DNA from: Pecten maximus
Lineage: Eukaryota
Direction of reading: 5' to 3'
DNA: 64,000 nucleotides
Assembly (NCBI RefSeq): GCF_902652985.1
Contig: NC_047019.1
Span: 12,648,001 to 12,712,000 of the forward strand
Position numbers and translations under genes: made by a program. This document shows, in pieces, positions 1 to 10,495 of the stretch (position 1 is the stretch's first letter; each line of letters starts with the position of its first letter). The notes beneath the pieces were generated by a model. The model was not told where the DNA came from, made no database searches, and saw only the letters and a list, made by a program, of their open reading frames with translations.

Positions 1-342
1 AAAGCAGATGGCCTATTGGATTTCCTCAAAAGACACGACGACCCCGTTTTAAAGTGGAACACACCAGGTGAATTGATGTACAAAGGAAACATAATAGAAG
101 GTTACCACATTATGGATATCATTAGGGACGCCGTGACCGCCCGCACAACACAGAGTCCACGTGGATATAAACAATTTTACAGTGGCCTGAGAGAACTACA
201 CACGCCCATTTCGTTTATCAACAACACTGACCTTAAATCAATCTTATTGGACGATATACCCCCATTCAACATGGTAATGGATATAAAGTCAAAGGACTAC
301 GAATGGAGCACCCCCGGGCCAACAAGTGTCAAAGAAAACTAA
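1..342 (+). mobile_element. 3' part of a Polinton/Maverick-type accessory ORF (runs off the left edge)
   Basis: Frame 1 is open from base 1 (KADGLLDFLK...LKWNTPGELMYKGNIIEG..I.D...PRGYKQF..GL...N). This W-N-x2-GEL-x-Y-x-G pattern is one I recognise from Maverick ORFs. It lies convergent with a pPolB remnant. Confidence 0.6.
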
Positions 343-1177
343 AAAGACAGACATCAAATAGATTGAATTTTAATGAACAATGATTAGTATATGTATTTGC
401 AATTAATTTCAAATATATAAAAAATATATCAATACAATTTTTATATAGTTTATATTCTTTAGAGCTGATAATTATCACCCCAGTATAGTATAGATGTGAA
501 CTCTCTGAGAGGCTGATACATTTACTGATAACAAACATATAGTGATTATGTTAACAAGGAAACTCCCAGACATAGAAAACATATATACACACAGTGGAAT
601 TACTGAATTTACTGGTTTTATCGTTACCAAAATGTACTAAAAATGCATACATGAACCGAAATTGTTACGTTGAGCTGTACAAAAAAACCATCGCATGAAT
701 AAGAAATGAAGATTTCTTTGTCGAAAAATCGGAACATGACATGAACAGCAATTTAATTTTGATATGTTACATATATAAAATAAAGAAGGTTATTTAAAAA
801 AAATCATTACACTTACAAGTGATTATTTTTTTGTTCATGAATCAAAAATGTTTTTTTTTCTGTAACAAAAGCGAGACACAAACACAATTCCTTTCGTAGA
901 ATTGCACGATAATTGTTTCGTGAACAAAATATGAACAACTCGTAAAAAAATCATATGATCAAAAGTTGTATGATATTTGATACGCTGGTACTATAAAATA
1001 AAGAGGGTTAATTTATAAAACAGTACACATATGTCTCATAAATGATTTATTTTTCTTCTTATCAAATCAAAATGGAAACGATCCGTTATAGCAAAAAAGG
1101 ACCATGAACAGTAAATGGTTCAAGGAGATTTACAACAATCTTTTGGTTTCTAATATCCCAAGGGTACATTTTAAAAG

Positions 1178-1518
1178 CTAATATCCAAAAGGTACAGTGT
1201 CAAGAGTATCCCACTGAATTACCCGTTTAGTATAAACAATTTTGTAGTGTTTTTCTTCTACCGAAGAAAAATGTTCCTTTTGCGTTGTTTTCTGGTGATT
1301 TTATTGGCGTTAACAATAGAAATAGAGCCGTTTGTCCAATTAGGCTCAATCAAATTCAGCATGGATTCAATATTCAGCAATTTGCAATTAGTATAATTCA
1401 AAGTAAAACCGCGAATTTTACATTCATGCTTCCGTTGGGCAGTTTTATATTCATACTGTTTTGGTCCTCCCGACACAAAATGTGCTATATAGTCATTGTC
1501 ATCCAGTTCGTCTGTCAA
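1178..1518 (-). mobile_element. Protein-primed family B DNA polymerase (Polinton/Maverick) C-terminal remnant, frameshifted
   Basis: TDELDDNDYIAHFVSGGPKQYEYKT...CKIRGFTLNY, then after a frameshift near 1260 EEKHYKIVYTKRVIQWDTLDTVPFGY* (stop at 1178-1180). These are the canonical pPolB C-terminal motifs. Confidence 0.85.
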
Positions 1519-1677
1519 CTGTACTGTGAGGAATTTTTATAATTTGTGTAAATTCGCATCCTTGTATGTAAATACATTGCGATCGAGGTATTCATATCAT
1601 CTAATAGACGACTTCCACAATGATCGTGTCAGTGTATCAGGCCGACCATCACTGCGCCATTGATACGTTCTTTTTAA

Positions 1678-2176
1678 GAACGCCGATGTAACGCAGCAGT
1701 ATAGGCTGCGGGTATTTCTGGCTAGGCACATTGTACACATATTACAAATATTCATCGAGTACAACTACGACAGGAAATTCAAATCTTTATCTTTACTCGC
1801 GATCTACGGCACCCAATCGCCTAGCCAGAATACGATTGTGTGCCGTAGATCGTGAGTTCGAGGCCCGGTTAGTGCACGAGTCATAAAGTTGTCCTCCTTC
1901 GTCAATTGTGTTACTATGTTATATATCAAATAATTAGCACAATGTATCATATGCACTATGTGTTGGTGATCCGAAGATAAAGATTTGAATTACCTGTCAT
2001 AGTTGTACTCCATCTTTATCTTCAGATCATCACCGCATAGTGCATATGAAAAATAACGCCGATGTGGTCATTTATGGCTAGGCGATTGGGTGCCGTATAT
2101 CGTGAGTTAGAGACCCGGTCAGGGCACGAGTCATAAAGTTGTCTTCCTTCGTCAATTGTGTTACTATGTTATATAT
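1678..2176 (+). mobile_element. Rearranged cluster of tRNA-derived SINE copies with nested inverted segments
   Basis: Two direct copies of aacgccgatgt...gtgccgtagatcgtgagttcgaggcccgg...gttatata, with a B-box-like GTTCGAGGCC. Same family as 12327-12559. Inverted fragments are inserted within it. Confidence 0.7.
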
Positions 2177-2657
2177 GTTATGCTTGATATACATCGATAA
2201 ATATTTTGTTTGACTACCCTTACAAGCAGGAATTCGGCAAACACGAACACATTTATATTAATTTAACCATCCGTAAATGTGCTAATGCAGCCAAACCATT
2301 ATGTGACACGCACTGATGCACTAGAATGCTTACACCGTACATACCCGCGGCATGTTATTGAATGTCAGAGCTATCGACTGAAAGAGGTCACAAATGAGGT
2401 CAGTATGGATGACGTAAACTAATGTTTATTAAAATGAGCTATCCAAGTCATGCTAAACATTATGCCCATCTTAAATAGACATACAGATAACACAACACAA
2501 CGTAGAATTTGATTATCATAACACGAAAGAGTACTATAGGCCTTTTACCGGTCTGGTGTTCCATAGGTTGATGTCTACATATTGTAAGCAAGCTCCGTCG
2601 ATGATTCATCCACACATGTCCAGCCAGAAAAGAAAAGCGTCAACGTTCTGAAACATA

Positions 2658-2953
2658 ATGTCATCTAAAGGTAAAAACAATATTACTACCATTTTCTGTA
2701 AACTGTGACAAATAAGAAATGTAAAAGAAGTGTATGGTAGAGTCAAACAACAGCAAGAAATGCACCGTCAAGATGGCGGGGGTATAAAGTTAGATTAGGT
2801 GGATGTGTGTTCACTCACTGTATGCTATGCTAAACATTATTTAATCTATAAATAACGCTTTCTTAATATAGCAGCCTAGTGTGGGATGTGAAAAGTATGT
2901 AAATGTATCGTGAATGTGCCAACATATATAGCTACCCTTAGCTTGTGAGGTTA

Positions 2954-2990
<37 letters not shown>

Positions 2991-5900
2991 GTTTTTTTTT
3001 TTTTTTTGGTGGGGGGGGGGGGGGGGGGGGGGGGGGGATTAAAAAGCCGATTAATGGTTTGCCAATGAGTCATATATACCTTTTTTTTTAGAATGTTTAC
3101 CAGTATTGATTAGCATATATATTTATAATGTTAATAAACTTCCATTTACCGTAGTTATCGTGGCGTGTCGATGACTACACTATTACCTTGATCAGATAAA
3201 TAACACGTGAAATGTATGCATATTCACTGAGGCCTGAAGTCTAGGAAATCATTATCATATCGGCATTATTACTTATTTGAATAATTACAGTAATATGTTG
3301 AAACAGACATATTCCTAGTCTTTTTTGTATCCCAAAGGATTGATTGAGCGCCTTGCAAATGGCGGACAAGTCCTCATTGCGGAAGGTTATCTGATAGAAT
3401 TGGAAAGAAGAGGTTATCTGCAGTCGGGAGGATTTATACCGGAAGTAGTTTTAGAACATCCGGAGATTGTCCGAGGACTACATCGAGAGTTTGTACATGC
3501 TGGCACCGATGTGGTAGAAGCATTTACAGTAAATATATACCTTATATACCGACTGCTCTGTGATACAATGTGCAATGTTCAGTTATCATACACATTAATT
3601 TTAAGTCTTTTCTATTTACTGAAACATTGTATTCGTGATTTGTGTTGCCATGGCATAAAGTTTTGCTTACTTAGCAGAATTTTCACTGAACATAAATTTT
3701 TGATACATTTCTTTTAATGCATGTATTTAGAATACATTTTGACTACCATTTTATTATTTAACGGGTGTTTTATTGCATTGTACTTGGTAAATAATACATG
3801 GTATATATTGTATATATAAGAATAAAGTGAGATAATACATGAAAGATCAAAAGCGAATAGCTGAAACATGCAATGTGAGAAAGAGACCTGTTTGAGGTTA
3901 CATGTTGTTGGGGCCGCGGTGGTCGAGTCTCTAGGTTGCGAGTTCGAAAACTACAAGGGGCAGTTGCCAGGTACTGACCGTAGGCCGGTGTTTTTTCTCC
4001 GGGTACTCCGGCTTTCCTCCACCTCCAAAACCTGGCACGTCCTTAAATGACCCTGGCTGTTAATAGGACGTTAAACAAAAACAAACCAAACTATTGTTAG
4101 CGAGATAAACAGGGCTCCAATAACTGGCGTTTCACAAGTGATACTTAGAGGGGGGTAACTCAACCTGATATTTTTGATAATAAGAAATAAATAAACATCT
4201 TTCAGTACTACGGTCATAGGGAGAAACTGCGAACAATTGGACGTGAGGATGACTTAGAGAGACTCAATAGGACTGCTCTTAAAATGGCTAGAGAAGTGGC
4301 AGACGAGGCTGGAGCTTTGATGGCTGGCAATATTTGCAACTCCAACCTATATGACAAAGACAATCGTGACGGAGATGAGAAAATAAGGGCAATGTTCAAG
4401 GTAAAGTCATCAAAGGAAACTCACTGAATTAAAGCTCATTATTGGATTATAAACAAAGAGAGATATGCCTGCTTGTAACTGAAACTATAATACTAACTCG
4501 ATAACAAAAAAGAAACCATTGCAAAAGTGCTATCGACCTGGCGTTCCAGAAGGCAAAGTAAGGAAAATTTCTCTACTTAATTGAACATTTTCTATCAGCA
4601 TTCGACATACTTAAGTCAAAATTATATACTTATTATAACCGATACCATGTAGACAATGTGTAATTAGAAAACATCTTAGTTTTATATTTGTGTTTATTGA
4701 GTTCTTGAAAAATATATTGTAAACTTTGAGATATATAACAAACAATATACCAGGTAAATCTATATTCTGACTTTCATTTCTTCGTCGTAGCCAATGTGAT
4801 GTATAAGTATGCATTTTAACATTTGTTTCTTAAATCTGGTCAATAAAGATCAGCTTCCTCTCTTGCGAAAAAAGGCTGATGGGTAACCTCTAAATGAACG
4901 ATGCTAATGTTTAAGTCTTTGCAATATTATGTACGACATCAATTCAGGAGCAAGTGGAGTGGGCAGTGGAGGAAGGGGCCGACTACATCATAGCTGAGAC
5001 AATAAGTAACTACGGAGAGGCTAAACTAGCGCTAGAGGCAATCCAAAAATACGGAAAAGGTAAAGGTTCCGATAGCCATTACTATGACATGTTGTGTGCA
5101 TGATACTAATGTAATCCTCTTATGAATGATTTAGTGGTGCCAATTCATTAGGTGTTTTGTTCTTCGTAGTTCCATCAGTTGGATTTAACTCAAACTTGCC
5201 TTAAATGATCTTGAGATGGTTCTGTCCAGGTGTGGTTGTTTTCTACAGTCATAATACCTCATAGAAAGTATCCGGATACTTTTTATCCTGTATAAAACTA
5301 CCCGGAATTATTATACCCCTACCAAAACGTACCTCCCTTGCATAAAGGTACCTCCCCTACCAAAAATCTTTTATTTTTACCTATTATGACTTAGGATCAA
5401 CATAGGAAGCCTCCAAACAAAAGACATTTTCCAACTTCCGGCTGCTTTTGATGGTTCGGTAAGAAAGGAAAAAAATTGGCCTCGTGGTGGGGAATTGGTG
5501 GGGTGGGGTCAGAAACATTTCAAATGTGTCGTCTATTCATATCTTCACTATATTAGATTGATCATGTTAAAATAAAACATTTTTGTAGGGGTCACTTCTT
5601 AAGCAAAGGGGAACATTTTATGCAGGAATAAAACGTATCTAAATACCTGGGTAAGGGTACATTTTATGCATGATACCCGGTTAGTGAAAATTACACTGAA
5701 GATGATCGAGTATTGTTATTTTCAAACTGATCCATAATCCATTTTATAACGTTATTGCATAATCACTGTTTTCGTTAAGTACCCATGTTAAAATTCTTCT
5801 TTAGTTGTAACAATAAACACGTCGGTTTCTTATTTCCATTCTGGCTTGGCGAAGAGTGTATGCAATACTGGATTTGAAGAAGAGTATACACGCAGGCATT

Positions 5901-8852
5901 ATATTATTTTCTATTCGAAATCCTCCTATATGTATATATGATTTGTATTGTGATGTGTGTACTTGAATGTTAATAAAGATATTGTTTAAACTCAATCCTC
6001 TTAGTATGGAAGCAGGATTAGTACAATGTATATGGCGTTATATATGTGTAGCGGAACTGGACTGGGTCGATCATCGGCGACCAGGTAGCTCAGTGGTAGA
6101 GTGTCCGTCTAGAGTTCGGAGGGTCCCGGGTTCGAACCCTGATCTGGCTGCTACATTTTCTCCTCTCCTGTTACATAATTGGCGAGCTTGCCTACCCTTG
6201 TTTAAAGCATTGGGAGTATGCTTAGCAAGGTGATGCCCGAACTTGTGGTCTTCGGGGGCGAAGACTTGAAAAAAGGGAGGGAGGAATGTAGCGGAACTGG
6301 ACTGGGTCGATCATCGGCGACCAGGTATCTCAGTAGTAGAGTGTCCGTCTAGAGTTCGAACCCTGGTCTGGCTGCTACATGTTTCCTCTCCTGTTACATA
6401 TGAACTGCGACGTAGGGATGACCATATCAGAAACTGACACAGTCAAAGAAAAATCATGACCTGTTTTCATTTTTTTTTTCTAAAATATAATCAAAATGAA
6501 TTTCCTTAATTATTTTAAGGTATTTAGTACCAGAACATTAATTTTCGTTAAATCTCAATATACTAAAACCCTTTGATTCACGTTTAATGAATCTCACTTA
6601 GGATGTTAAGTCAAGGCTGTTCTGATTGGTCGATGCTGTGCTATTGTGTATTCAAAAGTGAAGATTCTATTTTATGAATTTCAATATTAATATAGTAAAA
6701 TGTAATAAGTTTTGCTATTAATATTGTTTCTGTTATATAAAGGTGTCCCAGCTGTGATAACTATGGCAATTTATGTACCGGATAAGACGATGGATGGACT
6801 ACCGATAGCCGAGGCATGTCGTAAACTGGAGGAGGAGGGAGCGGCCGTGGTGGGTCTAAACTGTGGGCGTGGCCCCAGGACAATGTTACCTACAATCAGA
6901 GATATAAGGAAAGTATGCAAGGTAAGGAAAGGGTACGTCAATACATCTCAGTCTTTCAGGCCAGAGTAAAATTTATCCTTGCATTGTACGATACTAATTC
7001 TGTATCATGTTCATCTTAAAACCATTAATCATAAATATTATAAAGGACAAACATTGGATTCATTTACCTTTTTGCAAGCTGAAGCATGCGTTTGTTATGT
7101 CGCATAAGTAAACATCCATGGTAATTACAGTTTTCCTGTGCACAAAAAGTGCACTTAATGTAGCTTACGTTTTCTTATTAATGCAAAAAACGCGTACGTT
7201 CACACGTTTGTGAATGAAAACATTTCAACTAATTAAGCCATTTTCATTTACTTATATTAAGCATATAATGCAATACAGAACATGTTTTATTACCAAGTTA
7301 TAACAAATCCATAGTTTAGCTTTGTCTAAGATGACATGTCCGACAAAAAAAAATCAGATAAACTTTAAAGTAGTTGCGGTGTCAAACCTGGCTTACAAGA
7401 ATTAGTCAGCAATTGTTTTAGCCTATATCTGTTGTTGTTCTAAGATGGAAATATTAGATTCAGTGTTGTTCAAAATTGCTTACAAAATACATACTTTAAG
7501 TAAATTGTACAGTCTGGTTAAATGTAAACGATTACAAATGTCATGTTTTGTATTGAAGTCAGTACTATGCAGAATAATTCACTCTCGCAGTTCAATCGAC
7601 CTGCTTTATAAACTTATTCATATATGATATTTAAAACAGTGAAATATTGGAAGTGAATAAAAAACACATTCAATAAATGAATATTATCTAAATATATTAA
7701 ATAATATCAAATGAATAATTACAATAAGTAAACATTAAATAAGACAAGATTATCATTACGACAGAAGTGCATACTGTTGCTTTGTTTAAGTACAAACTTC
7801 CCCTTATCCATATGTTATTCTTCAGGGACCAATAGCTGCTCTTCCTGTGACATTCCGGACGACAGATAAGTGTCGCACATGGCTCTCCCTTAAAGATCCG
7901 GATACTGGTAAGTTCGGACTCCCGTAAATAAAATCCAAAACTCAGGTTAGTTGAGACTAAATTCTGGTTAATATACTGGCTTTTGAAATCCTCAATTTAT
8001 TCTCATATTATATATAATTTAAAAGAACACATCTTAAAACAATCCTAAAAAACATTTAAGCGAAACGGTCTGGTTTATCATTATAAAAATAAGGTTCAAA
8101 TTATACGTAGTATAACCATTAAGATATTTTGCAAAATGTGCTAACAAGTAATCAACAATAAAAACATTTTACTCAAAATGCAAGCTTAAGATTAGTGTCC
8201 AAAATCAGTATGACCCTCCTGTCATTATCCAATATCTCCCTCATGTCTTGTAATCATTAGTGCTCTCCTATCATGTAATAATTATTATTACCCCATTCTG
8301 TTATCAATACCACTCTCCTATTCTGTATGCGATATGACCCTCCTATTCTGTAATCAATATAACCCTATATAATCCTTGTATTCATATTACCCTGACATCC
8401 TGTAACAAATAGCATCCTAAAATCCTGTTTTGGTCCTGTTGGAAACGCAATTGTTTTCACTAAGTAAGAGCCCATCATAATTTGCAAGAAAGGCAAAAAT
8501 CACATACAAGCCGAATACTCATTACATATCTGATAAGATAAATTAAGAATGCGTAATATGTTGTAATTTTCTTATTGTAGGAAATGACGTGTATCCGGCA
8601 AACGTATCATGTGTTATGTGTAGTCGGGATGACATCAGACAATTTGCAGAGGAAGCGAAGGCGATTGGTGTAAATTACATCGGGCTTTGCTGCGGAAATG
8701 CACCATTCTTCTTCCGGGAGGTAGCGGAAGTGTATGGTCGGAAACCTGATGCGTGCAAATATGCACCAGATGTATCTGCTAATTCGGCTGTAGGCAAACA
8801 AACAGATCATTCGCAAAAAATGAAAGATATATCGAGAGTTGACAATGTTTAA
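2658..8852 (+). CDS. BHMT: Betaine-homocysteine S-methyltransferase-like, copy 1 (intact, 347 aa)
   Basis: Exons 2658-2670, 3338-3528, 4206-4400, 4948-5059, 6743-6921, 7826-7907, 8581-8852. All introns are GT-AG with compatible phases, total 1044 nt. Motifs [26 protein letters not shown], Zn ligands GLNC and GLCCG. Confidence 0.92.
2956..3037. repeat. Compound (GA)n / poly-T / poly-G microsatellite
   Basis: Directly visible in intron 1 of copy 1. Confidence 0.95.
3910..4093 (+). mobile_element. tRNA-derived SINE with V-domain-like core
   Basis: Head ggggccgcggtgg...gagttcgaaa, core ttctccgggtactccggctttcctccacc and an A/C-rich tail. It is flanked by TTGTT (3905-3909 and 4094-4098). The empty site is present in intron 2 of copies 3 and 6 (about 24230 and 53930). 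Confidence 0.8.
6047..6398 (+). mobile_element. Complete TRIM (miniature non-autonomous LTR retrotransposon) with tRNA-like sequence inside both LTRs (Helenus/Cassandra-like)
   Basis: LTR1 6047-6175 and LTR2 6287-6398 both run TG...CA. PBS TGGCGAGC starts at 6180. PPT gaaaaaagggagggaggaa at 6268-6286. TSD TATG at 6043-6046 and 6399-6402. tRNA-like segment 6079-6150 has an A box (TAGCTCAGTGG) and B box (GGTTCGAACCC). Confidence 0.9.
8205..8410. repeat. Degenerate ~25-bp minisatellite
   Basis: Recurring tcaatat-accctcctattctgtaa-like units in intron 6 of copy 1. Confidence 0.55.
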
Positions 8853-9948
8853 GGTTCGATATGCATTTATTAGATCATCTTAAATGTTTATTATTATCTA
8901 TTTTGAATTGCTACTTTCACACCTTTCACCGTTACTGCTCAAGAAAGTAGCGGCATAGATATTTCTAGGAAATTATCTCAACAAACTCACTACTACAGCA
9001 TACATTTATTTCAGAGTAACAGTGATTCCCGATAAAAAGTCTTGTTGAGAGACTTGAAAAAAAAAAGAATAAAAAGAAAGAAAAAGAAACAAGTGAAAAG
9101 CTGGTAGACTGAATGTCTCTAAACATATATTATGCATTTGTGACAATTTTTATGATTCAGTGTACTTATAACGTATTTTAATGCAAAAGAATACTGTTTT
9201 TATTCTGTTGTGCTTAAAAGGTATAAATATTTACAAATACTTCACATACTATCATTACATGTTCAAATATGGTTTGTAATTGTTTTATCTAAATACAAAT
9301 ATTCACTTTATAATAAAACTATTATACATCCTTTTGATTCAGTCAATCCATGGTTTCATTAACAAAAATAACAAATATTTAAAGATGGCGGGCAAAGTTG
9401 ACATTATTATACATTTTGAAAATATCTTCTATTTTCGAAAGTATTTAACAATCGATAGGCTTATTTAGACACTCATTAGCTTCTAGGGTGTGTCTCTTGA
9501 CCCCTTTGAGTGGTGTATTTAATCATTATTAGGATAGGTTAGACATTTATAAGCTTCCAAAGTGTGGCTCTTGACCTCTTTCGTTTATCTGTATTTTTTA
9601 TTACTGGTTAGATAAGAACCTTATAAACTTCTAGAGTGTGTCTCTTTGTTGCTTTGAGCTGTCTTAATTTCTTTTATCAAGGTATTTACCACTTGATTAT
9701 ATATAATGAGCGAAGGATAAGTGATCAAATTGAGTAGGGTGTCTCCTTTTAAACAAAAGTCAATACTGACAATATAAAGCTTATAGAGATGTATTGAAGC
9801 TGTGCCTTAGGAGACGGTATTGCACGCTACCAAAAACTACCAACTTATAACTGCAGTTTTTGTCACATCTTTTATATCTAGTTTATACCATTACAAAACT
9901 ATACAAAAACAAATTTATTTCAGAAATACATTAAATATGTCTGTATTT

Positions 9949-10067
9949 GAGCGGAGACGAATTATTCATAAATATTTACTCACCCGATATATACTGAAAT
10001 GTTCAAGTACTCTGACGTACGCAGTGTGGTGTTATGGAACATCAGAGATGTCTTTCATTTGACAAAT
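9949..10067 (+). promoter_or_regulatory. Conserved upstream non-coding block shared by BHMT-like paralogs
   Basis: Core cagtgtggtgttatggaac(a/c)tcagagatgtctttcatttgacaaat recurs ~400-480 bp upstream of the ATG of copies 2, 3 (21065-21152), 4 (35007-35125) and 6 (50705-50792). Confidence 0.5.
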
Positions 10068-10495
10068 TTAAAGTGAATACAGCACTGTCAAATACACATT
10101 GAAAGTTATAAACAGAGACAAATATATGGAATAGCGTCGCACATTTATTTCTATTTACAGTATATATATGAGCTAGTCAATTCGTCGTTATCAGATGAAA
10201 CACAAATTATTCATTCAGGTTTAGTCAACTGGAATCAAGGGGTCATCAGTGATGCCTAGAGACGACACATAAGGTGTTATCTTCATATATTTATCAACCT
10301 GATATCTAATACAAACACAAGCTTTACGGGGGAAAAAAAAATATATATACATATAATAATCATGTGATGGCATGAATGAGCATAGGACGAGGAAGAGATT
10401 AAAGATCGTTCCATAGATCATTGCCGTCGGGGCGCCACATTTTGCTGTTTACAAACACCAGACCAGTACAGAAGGATTCTACGTTCTAGAATAAA

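Noticed and set aside
3325-3717. ORF-track BHMT fragments as independent small genes or bacterial contamination
   Set aside because: They are exons bounded by conserved GT-AG sites with consistent phases, and the ORF extensions are intronic read-through.
6079-6150. tRNA gene (anticodon AGA)
   Set aside because: Acceptor, anticodon and T stems have mismatches, there is no long variable arm as expected for tRNA-Ser, and it is embedded in a duplicated LTR. It is part of the TRIM.
10022-10067. TonE/NFAT5 osmotic response element in the conserved upstream block
   Set aside because: The sequence is TGGAAC rather than the TGGAAA consensus, so it cannot be supported.
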